NCBI GenBank assembly: GCA_030295235.1
Contig: AP026131.1
Coordinates: forward strand, 124,001 to 188,000
DNA from: Fistulifera solaris
Lineage: Eukaryota
DNA: 64,000 nt
Reading direction: 5' to 3'
Positions 23,129 to 35,385 of the stretch are shown here, piece by piece (the stretch's first letter is position 1; each line of letters starts with the position of its first letter). The translations under genes were made by a program, and so were the position numbers. A model generated the notes under the pieces. It saw nothing but the letters and a program-made list of their open reading frames with translations. It was not told the origin of the DNA and did not search any database.

Positions 23129-26100
23129 ATGGCGCCTATCGTTCAAGCAACTTCAAAAAAGCGGTCTTTGCTTGGCGTTCCCATAGTTGCTGCTCCAACA
23201 GAGACGACACAAAGACTAGCTGACCTGCTTTCCGAGGCGGAAACGAAAACAAAGAAGAGAAAGCCTTCAACTGCAAATACATCAAAATCAACCAATGACA
23301 ACAATTTACAAAGTCATCCTGCTTGGTCTAAATGGTCGCAAAAGACAACTTTGGGACCTTCTAAGTCGCTTCGGTTAGATACGTCTCTCCAGGGACTTGA
23401 GGGGTTGGAAGGAAAACCGGTAAAGTCATTGAAACCTAGAGCGACGGACATCATCAAGTCGACAAAGTCACAACCATCCAAGGCAGCTCTAATAAGCAAA
23501 GTAGATTCACGATACAAGGAAAAAGAAAATGAAAAGAACAAAATGGAAGTTTTAGCTGTAAAGGCGAGTGTAGATGCAGCAATCGAACGTGACAACGTTT
23601 CCCATCGGACAGAAACATGTCATACCCATCCACTCAAACCTATTTCCGCCACTTCAAAAGGAACGGCCAAAGTCAATCTCGCTCTTCGTGCACGATCATC
23701 AGTTTTCAAACGAAAGGAAACAGAGGGAATTCGCGGCCGCTACCTGGAACTGGTCACCAACGATGGCCCGTCAGAGACAATTCCTCAACGCGATCACCCT
23801 GACGAGCATTCACCACCCGTTGACTCGCACCTGTCCAAGAAAACGGACTGCATCGAGAGTCATATTGCATCTCAAAAAGACGATCTCTTGTCAGATCTTT
23901 TCGCTTTGGTCAACAGTGCTGAGAATATCCCACCTCCGTCGACTGTGCGCGAAGTCCACAGCTCCGAGAGGATAATGCCCGCGGCTTGTATGGAAATACC
24001 AAGGCCTAACACAGCTACGGGAAATGAAGCCGCGCAGAAAGCGACTTCCAACGACAACTTTGTGCGTCTGAATTTAAAGAACGGTGCAGGAGCATGTCGA
24101 GGAGCAAGAAACAAAAAGACATTACGAAAAGCCGCCGTCCTTCATCGACAGCGGCTGGAACGGACCAACGCGCCACTCGACCAAAGAGCCCCGCCGGGTG
24201 TCGAGGCTACGGTGATTTGTCAGTCAAGAACAGGCGTCGATCCTTTGGATGATCTGTTGGATGGAACTTACAAAGTGGCTAGCAGCAAAAGCAAACGATC
24301 GCGACGCGGAGACGCGCCCTCTTGTTCCGGTCATCAACAGCCTTGTAAACTGGTCACCGTGAAGAAGAACACTCGTGGAAACAAAGGTAGAAAATTTTAT
24401 GCGTGCTCCTTTCCCCGTGGAGAGCAATGTGATCATTTTGAATGGGCGGATGATACTCAGGAGGTGAGTCGACTTTCGACGGTCAGTTTCATTGTTTGTA
24501 TGCATTCTCTGATGTCGTTTCTTCTTTCAGGCTATTAACGCGGCGCTTCAAAACAACGATTCGACTTCGGGCTTTATCGCGCGGCAGGTTACAGGATACG
24601 TAAATCAAATTCGTTCTCTTACTGTTCCGGAGTTGCGAACTCTGACAGAGAAACACAAGCTCCGGAAGACTGGTAATAAAGCTGAATTGCTGGCGAGACT
24701 TGCGATCTGGGCACACGACGAGATCGCAAAGGAACAGAAGACTGGCAAGAAGCGAATCCAGTCAGCGCGAAAAAGGTAGGAGATTCGTTGCCAAAAGTTA
24801 AAGATCGTGTGCCGAAACAAGACCTTGAAAACGCCGACAGTTCAATCCGTGAAGCTTCCTCAGTGGTTTTGTCGGAAACAGAGGACGAAGACGACAACGA
24901 TGATGAAGACGACGACAGCCTTTCATCGTCTGAGAACGAACTTGAGATTATGAACTATTCGGAGACTTCCCCTGAACGTGGACGTGACTCTGGAGGTGAT
25001 GGCGAACTTCCAACTACTTCCTTGAATCAAGGTAACTGTCGCATTTTGTCGGCTCTTCAAAACACTTTTGGCTTTAATTCCTTTCGAGAAGGCCAAGAGT
25101 GGGCAATCAGGCGCTGCCTTGACCATAAAAGATCATGCTTCGTCGCACCTACTGGCTTCGGCAAATCACTTTGCTACACACTTCCTGCAACTCTGATGGA
25201 TGGCGTTTGCATTGTTGTATCACCGCTGGTATCGCTGATGGAGGATCAACTCCGTCTACTTCCTCCACGTATTCCTGCTGCTACATTATCAGGTTCTTTG
25301 TCCGCTTCGACTATGACGGCTACGGTCGACGATATCCTGCGTGGAAGAATAAAAATAGTGTTTGTGTCGCCAGAGAGGTTGACCAGTCCCTCCTTTCGAC
25401 GAATGTTCTTGCCTACCTGGAATGCGGTGGAAAATCGCTTTGATCGGCGTTTCCCAGATGTTTCCTTACTCTGCGTGGATGAGGCTCATTGCATGAGCCA
25501 GTGGGCGCATAATTTCAGGCCTTCTTATATGCGACTAGCCATGATGTTAGAAATCATACAACCAAAAAGCGTTTTGGCTATGACGGCAACAGCTGGTCCT
25601 CGCGTCGTTGATGATATATGTCGCACGTTAAGCATAACCGCACCAAACGAAGACGAAGGGGTTGATTGCTCGGAGGCGGTTCAAATAATGTCATCTGATC
25701 GAGATAACATAAATGTCCAGAGCATCTTTCTGTCTTCGCAAGAGGAACGATTATCGAAGGTAGGATATTGTTGCAGGATCTATCTGTTTTCTGACATTTC
25801 TTTTCTAACTTTTCGACCGCCCGCAGTTAATCGATATACTTTCGCCAGTTCCTAAATATGAGCAGCGCAAATCGCCTCTTTACGGTCAGCTTGCTAACGG
25901 CAGCGTCATTGTGTATGTATGGCGTCAGCGGGATGCAGAAGCTGTTGCCGAAAGTATAGTTAGCGCAGGCATTGAGGGTGGTGTGGTATTTTATCATGGC
26001 GGTATGAGCTCCGATGCTCGCAGTCGCTCACAAAGCAAGGTAAGCCCAGCGTTTCTGGACAAAACATGTTTTCAGGATTCTAAAATTTATTGACGTGAAG

Positions 26101-27459
26101 TTCATGAGAGGCAAAGCTCGTATTTGTGTCGCAACTATAGCTTTCGGACTGGGTATCAACAAAGCAGATGTGGCTGGTGTCATTCATTTGTACCTTTCTA
26201 GTTCACCAGAGCATTATGTGCAGGAGATCGGACGCGCTGGTCGTGATGGACGCCCAGCGAAAGCGATAGCACTCGTATTGAACGACGAAGTAAGCGTTCG
26301 AAATTCGCTTGCGCACTCAGATCTCATTTCTAGATCGCAGGTACTTGGATTGCTGAAAATTTTGCAATCCCTCGTGTTAGCCGCAATCTCTAAGTTGTCG
26401 AAACCCAGAGACACGCTTAATGTTTCTGTTCCGTTACAGGACACTGTTCTTTCAACTGATGTCAAATCCGAAACTATTGAAACGATACTTTCTCTTTTGG
26501 AGGGACGTGAGAAAGGCCGCCTTCTTTTTGTTCATGGAGTTTTATATGACAAGGCGGTGGTTTCACCGAATCAAATGAACCTGTCGCCCCTAGGTGAAAA
26601 GGAGCCAGTTGTTAGAACACTCCAATCTTGCGCAACATGTCTGGAGTTGCCTGTTATTAGTGCTCAATCGGATTTCACATTACAGTCTATGCCAATGAGT
26701 CTTGATACCTGCAACTCCGGATCTAGTTTTGGCACGTACGCATTTTCGGTTTCGGATTGTAGCAACATGTTGGCAGAGAATGCGGAACCTCGGCACATTT
26801 TTGCAACTTTACGCCGGTTAGAAACCTCGGGTGATATCAAACTGTCTCTAGATACTTCACCGAGAGGACGGGCACTAAGTATCACTGTTACCAAAGAAGG
26901 CATTGCTACTTTTACTGATTTGAAAACGACAGCGATAGAAGATCTTGCAACTGAGCTTTTCAATCAACTTGCCAACACGATCTTTGCAAACGCCAAGAAA
27001 GTTCTCGATATTGACTTTATTCTGCGTGAAGTCAGTAAGAGAGATTCGTCGTCGCATACTGACCAACGCGAGTCATCGAAATCCCCCAGCCTTGAGCGTT
27101 TTCAGGAGCTCGTAAGACAGTATTTCTGTTCATGCGAATCTAGCTCTGTCACCCCATCAGATGGAAGCAGTGCAGCTTGTTTCCTTGGGGTGCCAGCCGC
27201 GAGAACTCTTCAAGAACACTCTGAAATTGTCTACCGCTTCTTGATGGAAATGGAGAGTTCTCGCGGAGAATCCAGACATGTTCAGCTGGGAAACCCTGCA
27301 GCTAAAGATTACACGTTGCTTGCCATTACTAAATTTCTCCACGGTATACCGTCTGCATCATATCGATTGGATAATCTCCGCGCCCATCACCTTTTTGGAC
27401 AACTGCAGCAAACTCACTTTAACCTGCTACTAAATTCATTGCGCGCTTTCTTCTGCTAA
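23129..27459 (+). CDS. RECQL4: RecQ4-like DNA helicase with GRF zinc finger and SAP domain; introns 24464-24530, 25760-25826, 26040-26100; frameshift ~24770
   Basis: NDNFVRLNLK (RecQ4-type motif), CSGH..NKGRKFYACS..CDHFEW (zf-GRF), FGFNSFREGQ, APTGFGKS, DEAHCMSQWAHNFRPSY, ATIAFGLGINKADV, YVQEIGRAGRDG. Confidence 0.85.
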
Positions 27460-27678
27460 CCGCAAAGGTGGATACACGATAACTAGAAAGATTATTTCAA
27501 TAGTACAACCGCAATACATGATAAGTTTAGTATGATTTTAGCGTCATTACTCTGCGATTCCATTGAACCGTACATCACTTTCGAAGGTTTTGACGCCGCG
27601 TGAAATGCCTCGTTTTAGACGAACTTCTCCGTGCCACTATTGATCATAGGGTTCGTCTCTCCAGGAAACGAGCGTATG

Positions 27679-29560
27679 CTAGGGTGCGTCAGGGGCATCC
27701 TGTAGAGCTACCTGTTCTTCGGCCGCCGATGCATCGACAGCGGCATTAAAACGTGCACGAGTTATACGTAAACACCTACACGGACCACTTGACACAAAGG
27801 CATCAAAGTCAGCTTTGTAATTTGGGTTCGTTAGCGCACCGATTCCTAGCACCGACCAAGACCCAAGGTCGGTGCGGAAATTCTTCGCCGACAAACACCG
27901 TAACTTTTCCAGAAAGAAGTAACGTACAAACATCCGTTTCTTCGCCTTTTGTATACAATAAATCGCGAGGCAAAGGTTGTCCAATTTCTCTTACTACCTC
28001 AGGCAATGTGATCACCTGAGACCCTGAAACAAGAAGTTCCGCTTGCCGGTCGCTCAGGAGTTCCCAAGTGCTAAAGTGATTCCGTTGCAAGTGAGCGGTG
28101 ATGGCCCTTGTTTCTTCAACCGATAATCTTTCGTCCAACAATTTGGAGTCCAACAACCGTAAACGTGCCCATTCGAATCCATCCGTACGAGTCACAAGCT
28201 CCGTATGCGTGCCATCTACGAAAGCATCTGTTTCGTCCACGATTTCGTCACCAAGGATCTCTTCGATGATATCCTCCAAAGTAATGATTCCTTTCACCTC
28301 ATAAAACGGATCCTGGTCCCCGTCTTCATTGTTGACATCCCGAACCAACGCCATATGCGAGCGTCCTGTTTTCAGCTCACGCAAAACGTCGCCGAGTTTA
28401 TCATCTGGCCAAACCGTGTTGAGCGAACGTCCGAAAATGTTCACGACATCTGATACCCTCGTATCATCTTCCGGATCCACGAAAATGAGGTCTTTGACCA
28501 AGAGAAGTCCAATGACATTATTCTATGTCACAGTTCAGAAACGCGTTTAGTGGATTGATAATCGCAAGCTCAAACTTAAAATTCAAACCAGCAACGAATG
28601 ACTTACTCGGTTGACTTCGTAGATCGGAATTCGCGAGTAGCCCGTCTTGAATATATTCGAGATAGTTTGAAAATTGAGTTTTTCATCGACCGAAAGCATG
28701 AATGTGTTAGCAATCGGTGTCATAACTTGCTTGACGGGGATGTTTTTGAACAAGAGTGCTCCTGTCATGGTGTTGGCCGTCTCCTTGTCCAGAGCATTTT
28801 CATTGACGTGTATTTCGAGCATTTTTCGAATCTCCGAGCTGCTGTATATCGTGGCCAGCTCAGCGCCTAAAGCAAGATCCAATGACAAGGCCAGGGGTTT
28901 GGTGACGGGGTACATGATGAACATAATGACACGAACGAGAGGTACCGTGAAACTTCCAATTTTGAGTCCGTGTCGACTGCAAATAGCCTGTGGAGCGATT
29001 TCACCAAAGATGACAATGAGAAAGGTCGACGAAATAAATCCTACGATACCTCCTGCTTTGTCTGCCAGCAAGATCGATAAGAGGGTATTCACCGCCACAT
29101 TCCCCAAGAGCAAAGTACACAGTAAAAGGTTCCCATCTTGGCGAACAGGATAAATCTTCTTGGCGTACTCGGCATTTTGTCTGTCTTCTCCTGACATGAC
29201 GATTTCGAGTCCGGTGATATCGAGACTCATTAATCCGAGAGTGAGACCGCTGAAGAGAGCCGACATACTGAGCAACACAACAATGAGAATGATTTGTATC
29301 GCGAGAGGAAGAAAATTCAAAGGATTTCCTGAAGGGCATTCTTGCTGATACTGCTGACAACAGGATTCTGTGCATGTTTCCTCGGTAACTTGTAAAAGAC
29401 GAGTGACTCTTAGATGACGAGATGCAGAAGTTTCCGTTTGATTTGTTCGGCTTCCGAAAAAAGAAACGAGAATTGTGGGCAAGGCCACCGCCAGCAACGT
29501 GACTAACACTAATCGACAATTAATGTCATTTTGCTTTGTGCGCTTTTGCTGTGTCGTCAT
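27679..29560 (-). CDS. CNNM/DUF21-CBS metal transporter with cNMP-like C-terminal domain; intron 28523-28606; frameshift ~27880
   Basis: SALFSGLTLGLMSLD, NLLLCTLLLGNVAVN, VIFGEIAPQAIC, GYSRIPIYE, GIITLEDIIEEILGDEIVDETD. The exact 3' end is uncertain. Confidence 0.9.
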
Positions 29561-31167
29561 TCAGAATCAATAAGGAATACTGGAGGAAGTATTGTATCGA
29601 GGGTTTGGTGGTTTTGAGGTGGGAAAGTGTAATTAATGAAGGTCAAAAGATCGCCATGAATGGACGAGGAGGAGATTTTTTGTCAACGACAGAAAAACGA
29701 CGCTATCGCTTATTTTGGGGATGAGTGCGGGAGCGATTGAGTCCAATCCCAAAACCTGAAACCTAATAAGGGTGGGAAAAAGGTCGCCCCCTATCACTGT
29801 CACAGTGGGTTAAAGGATTTAAGATTAGAGAGAGCAGGCAGCTAACACGTAAAACACAAAAGATAGATCACCCCTTCATGGCAACTAACGGTGACATTAG
29901 ATTGTTGCGGTTTCAGCAGTTTTCTCATCCTTGTCTTCGATTTGTCCGCAGCTGCAAAAGAATGCGGGATCTGTCAATAAGACATTAACACCGAGAGCTT
30001 TTGGATCCGGTTTGGGTTTGCCGTCAAGCGAGCTTCCCAATGTATTGTACGCCATCAAATAACCATTGATTATCGGGAAAAATTTCGATTAAAAAATCGG
30101 GCAAAAACTGGACCGCTTCAGCTCCTGGAAACATTTTCCAGTTTATTTGCCAATCCACTTCTATCGTACAAACCAAGAGTATCGAATCTTGAGATGCGAC
30201 CACCGCAAGATGCTTCTCTTTATCTTCTTCATGCAGTTCAGCCAGACCCATTAGTAGATTTTATGTCAACAGTCCTTGCTGTCGACGATACTAAGTTACC
30301 TCAAGTATGAAACCCTCTGTTGACTTCCTTCGCAATTCACTTCTCCTAAAATCCTTCCCCACCCCCGTGGAAGTTCACCCGCCTACGGGAAGTAATCGAA
30401 CTCTCATCGACAATATTGTTCATACTGACAACGTTGTTGACAATTCCAAATACTGTAGCTCTTTTGTGAAGACGAGTAGTAACTATTTCGGTGACCGGAA
30501 AATATACGAGCATTTGCATCAAGCAATGCTTTTTTGTGATGTTGTTCCCGTGGGTCTCACGTGTCAAACAGTAATCTGGCTTGCGGTGGATATTAAACAA
30601 TTTGCGGTCAATGTTCATTCTGTAGCGCCTCACCTCTGAGCCAGCTTAAGTCTCAAAATCCATAGTTCTTCGTAGAGTGCTCAACGGCTGCATTTACAAT
30701 CAACAAAAGTTCGACGTGAACTTACGAGGGCATGCTATGAATTCTCTTTGTCTTCTGTCTCGTCATGTGATGCAGAACATTGCGCTTTCTTGTATGTTGT
30801 TTGGCTCCGACTTTTGTGCCGAATATGGAAAGACATTCTCTCTCCTCGAGCGGTTGAAGGAACCATGAAATCACTCGCACTTGTATCACTTGTATTCAAA
30901 CGTCCGTTTAATCAAATGATGCCAGGTAGTAGACGAGAATGATCGCAGCTGCTTTGCATGTGCTCAACGTTCTCGAGCGCAACGAAGTCGCATCGTGGCA
31001 TCGAATTATATCAAAAGAAGCGGTGTTTTCTCCACATCCGACAATGGTCGTGCTCTATCATTTTTTGTGAATACTTACACTTTCAAAGCTTTAGAACATT
31101 GCATTCTGACTCTAGGAAATTAGGAATAATTAAAATATTAGTGAAATTGTGTGTTTGCTGGATTGCT

Positions 31168-31315
31168 GGACACGTGCAAAAGCACATTCCCAGATTTTCT
31201 GGTGACTTGAAAAAGCACAGCCCCACATTTTCTGGAGACGTCAAGAAAGCACATGCCCACGTTTTCTGGAGACGTAAAAAAGCACACCCCCACATTTTCT
31301 GGACAAGTCAAGAAA
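31168..31315 (-). repeat. Inverted, shorter copy (about 4 units of 34-35 bp) of the 3.0-kb minisatellite family
   Basis: Minus strand reads tttacgtctccagaaaacgtggg, ttgacgtctccagaaaatgtggg, ttcaagtcaccagaaaatctggg, matching the TTTCACGT-NN-CCAGAAAAT-TGGG consensus. Confidence 0.9.
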
Positions 31316-31415
31316 GGGCTACCATGAAATCCTCATTTGTTTTTCGACGCAAACAATACACACGTCTTGCAAATAAAGTTATTGCAAATCCATTCATCTG
31401 ATATAATTCACAACT

Positions 31416-32741
31416 ATGGGAAAGCGAAAGCAGAGACGACGGAATCAGCCACCGCAAGGGGCCTCCAAGCGACCGAAATTGCGGAAATACTGGATTGAAG
31501 ATTTCCCCGAGTTGCTACTCGAGACGAGTGATATTTCATTGTTGATTACCAGGATCAATCTTTCTGATGCGCATCATGCTAGGCCTCAAAGTGAAACAGT
31601 CCCTGTAGTAGCATCGGCAGCTGACCCTTCCGTCGAAAGGAATATTGTGCTTACGAAATCGACAACAGACGACCCGGCGTTGAAAATCAAGACATCCGAG
31701 GATATGGTGAATCTGCACTGCGAAGGACAAAACGACTTCATTTTGAACGAGACGACAGGAACGAAATATGGTACTGCTCGTGACAAACAAAGTGACTTGA
31801 GTGCATGCAAGGAAGCTGCAGACGAAAAAATCAGTCCTACTCGAAACGTTATCGTTTCAGTTCAACGAGCCAGCTATGCACCGTTGTGTTTCAAACGCGA
31901 TCCGAAATTCCGTCACAAAAGAACGGGGATTGCGGAGACGGTATAATCAATCCGTATCCGAAAACAGAAGTTCCTGATAAGTTTTGGGCCCAGCGCAAAC
32001 GATTGTTTTCCCGCTTCGCCGAGGGGATTCAGTTGGATCCAGAAAGTTGGTACTCTGTCACACCCGAAGTCATTGCCAATCACATTGCCCAACGAGTGAT
32101 TGAAGCCTCAAAGAAAAAGGAAGGAATGATCCTACTCGAAGCATTTTGCGGCGCTGGAGGGAATGCGATTGCCTTTGCACGACGACCCGAAGTGAGCAAG
32201 GTCATTTGCGTCGATATCAATTTGCAAAGGTTGAAAATGGCGGCTCACAATTGCGGTGTGTACGAAATCCCGAAAGATAAGGTCGTTTTTATTCATGCCG
32301 ATGCCTGCGCTGTCTTGAAGACGCTCGCCTCGGAAAGAAAAAGAAACTGCTGTTGATGAACCGAAAACAGTGATTTCGGGTTATGACTGTGGCTCCGTCT
32401 CCTCGCTGCCGCACGAAATAGACGCCATTTTCTTTTCACCGCCCTGGGGTGGTACGGAGTACGTTAAGCTGGGACCACGACAGTATAGTTTGAGTCACAT
32501 TCAACTAGAGGGGGGCGTTGACGGAGAGGAACTACTGCGACTTGCATCGAAAGCATTTCGCAGCGGCCAAGATACAAACATGGCTATTTTCCTACCGAGA
32601 AATTTGAACGGTTTGAGTTTTGCGCAAAGCGCTTATACTTGCGGCCACAGCGGGACGATTGAGCTAGAGATGGATCTCATCGATTCTAAATTCAAAGCAA
32701 TCACTGCTTACATCTCTAAAAGGTCCGACAATGCAATTTAA
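31416..32741 (+). CDS. TGS1: Trimethylguanosine synthase; frameshifts ~31900 and ~32335
   Basis: KFWAQRKRLFSRF..GIQLDPESWYSVTPEVIANHIA, EAFCGAGGNAIAFA, FFSPPWGG, FLPRN. Confidence 0.9.
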
Positions 32742-32800
32742 GTGACACTATTAAATTATCATTCCTTCATGTACAGAGTTATCTGCGTAGAGACAGGCGA

Positions 32801-34086
32801 TTATTGTAGCGTCAATAAGCTAATTTCACTATTGCCTTCGTATTTCAAAGACGATGAGACGACGCGATACCCCAAATCTTGCGCTAATGCTATTGATGTT
32901 TTCAATAAATAGTCGTTTGGGAGCGGAGATTTCTGGAACGCGAGGGCTTTTCCTCCCCACAATGTCGCTGGTGATTGTAGCGTCAAGCTAAATGTAGCTC
33001 CGGAAGCAGTTCCAGGAATAGTCGAAGCTTTCTTTACTTCAGCTACTCCATCGAAAGCGTAGCCGTTGATCAGAAACAATTTTATCTGTATACAAGGTGC
33101 AGTAGATGATACGATATCCTGTGCGCAAGGGCAAGTCGAACGCACGATCATGATTTACTCACGAGTTGAGAAAAGGATGCCAATACTTCGTCTAAGCGGA
33201 CCCATCAATGACAGGTCAACACATAGCGATGTGAGACGCAATGATTGTGAAACATTTGCAATACGAAAAATATATACAAAACGTACCAGCCCCAGGTCGA
33301 CTGCCGCTTGGAAACTTGGGAAGCGATGATGGCGAATCTCCAAAGATTTCGTTCAGTCTGTCCAAAATCTTCTTCCCTACCCTTTCGTTGTGTTCGGAGA
33401 GTAATCGGTCATTTGTGATGGTCGGATCCCGTCGCACGATAACTTTGACAAATTCATTAGGTACATCGTCACCTTTGTTGATGGCTTGTTGTTCTTCAAA
33501 CACCATGGGAGGATCGTTGGTCAATATTCGATTGATTGTCATATATTGAGCAAACGAAATGAAATCAAAGTAATAAGGATCCGTCAAATCTCCTTGTGAA
33601 ACCAATCCAGGCCCCAGGTCGTTGACATACGGTTCATATTCGGCCGAACGAATGAGAAAAAAGTCTCGTTGAAATTGATCCATCGGGACAATATCCAATT
33701 CATCTGCAAGCATACGAACAGTTGAGTTTCACACAAAGGAGCTTATCGACACTCTCCCACGTACCTGTCACGGCATAGGACGATCTCATCAGCAACACAG
33801 CAAAATCTAGGTTTAACTTTTGTCGAAGAATGCGGGGAGGTTTGGGTCGAAGTTTTCGCAACGTTTGAGCTCCAAGATTCTGTGTTTCGCCTAAAGTAAT
33901 AGGCGCCGCCGCAGCTTGAGCCGCTTGTGGATTGACGAGAAGGAGGGCACCGGGTAAAGCAGCGTTTGACGTTAACTGAAACAAGAAATGGCGGCGATTT
34001 TGGCGACCGGGTATACTGTAACCACAGCAGACCCCAAAGTAGCAAAGGAGCAGCAGAACAAGCAATCGAGAGAGGCCTTTCTTCAT
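32801..34086 (-). CDS. Probable plastid/thylakoid-lumen-targeted protein of unknown function; introns 33704-33764, 33192-33286, 33086-33162
   Basis: Signal peptide, then NRRHFL twin-Arg and AQA cleavage site. Three GT-AG introns restore a continuous frame (LLMRSSYAVT|DELD..QGDLTDPYYFDFISFAQY). Confidence 0.7.
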
Positions 34087-34289
34087 AGTAGCTACTCCGT
34101 ATTACTTATGTAACACGAGCTGATTATTTGGATGCTTCACATCGGATGAGCAGGAGTTTTGTTTATTTCTCGTTATCATGCTTTTTTTGGCAACACGTCA
34201 CAAACAAAGGGACCCCGGAGCTTTAGGTCTTACAGAAAATCAGTTTGATGAGGTACCGGTAAGCCGGTAAGTTCCACAAACTGAAATCT

Positions 34290-34812
34290 GTGAGATTCCG
34301 GAAATTCTGGAATATTCGATTTAGGATCATACAGAAAATCTGTAGATGGTCCAGAATTTCTGGACCAAGTGTGTATGGTCCTACGGAAGTTCTGTTCACA
34401 ATCCAAAAGTTATGGAATCGTAATTTTGAGTCCTACCGAACATCTGCGGGTTTTCTCTGATTTCTTGGACTCGATTTTTATGGTGATACAGACATTCTGT
34501 GGACATTCCAGATCTGGAAAATTCGATTTAGGGTCATACAGAAAATCTGTATATGGTCCAGAATTTCTGGACCAAGGGTTTATGGTCCTACGGAAGTTCT
34601 GTTCACAATCCAAAAGTTATGGAATCGTAATTTTGAGTCCTACTGAACATTTGCGGATATATCTGATTTTCTGGACTCGATTTTTTATGGTGATACAGAC
34701 ATTCTGTGGACATTCCAGAAAATCTGGAAAGTTCGATTTAGGGTCATACAGAAAATCTGTAGATGGTACAGAATTTCTGGACCAGATGTTTGTTGTTTCC
34801 AGAAATTCTAGA
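34290..34812. repeat. About 2.4 copies of a 207-210 bp unit built from short palindromic sub-repeats
   Basis: Anchor TTCGATTTAGG near 34315, 34522 and 34732. Sub-motifs include TTCCGGAAATTCTGGAA, ACAGAAAATCTGT, GGTCCAGAATTTCTGGACC and TTCCAGAAAATCTGGAA. Confidence 0.95.
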
Positions 34813-35071
34813 GATCAGGTGTTTTTGGGGCATAAGGCATAAGGTATAAGGTTACTTGGTACCGGTACCTGGTAAGGTAAGGTTACAGAAATGCTGCGCC
34901 CATTCCAGAAAATCTGGACAATGTTGTCTTCCCGTCGTCAGTCTTTGGCGGCTACCGCCACGCGGAGCATTCAGCGCAGCAACAAAGAGATTTTAATAAA
35001 ACAAATTATTGCGTTGCATTCATTCGAATGCTCTCTCTGAATTCATCATTTCGACAATAAACAAGCACACC

Positions 35072-35385
35072 ATGGATTACGAAGGCCAAAAACTCGCAGA
35101 ATTAATATTTTACATTATCATCCTGACGTTCGGATGCGTCGGATGGGTAATTGGTTACTTTCAAGAAGATTTCACCGTAGTATTTCAAGCCTGGTTGGCT
35201 GGAGTCGTCCTTTCTGTGATTGTAAGTGGCTTTTCAGATTTGCTTTATCCAGTTGTGATATTTCCTTTCATTCATCTGACTCGTAAACACAGCTTTGTGT
35301 TCCAGATTGGCCGTTCTATAACCGACATCCTATCAAGTGGTTGGAATCCGTCCCCGATCGAAGGCAACACGCGAAATCATCGTAA
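35072..35385 (+). CDS. SPCS1: Signal peptidase complex subunit 1 (SPC12); intron 35222-35292
   Basis: MDYEGQKLAE, two TM segments, and spliced LCVPDWPFYNRHPIKW. Confidence 0.92.

Noticed and set aside
5742..32741. Functional cluster of RNA-processing genes (SART3, RRP1, RRM protein, TGS1)
   Set aside because: They are interspersed with unrelated genes, consistent with chance in a compact genome.
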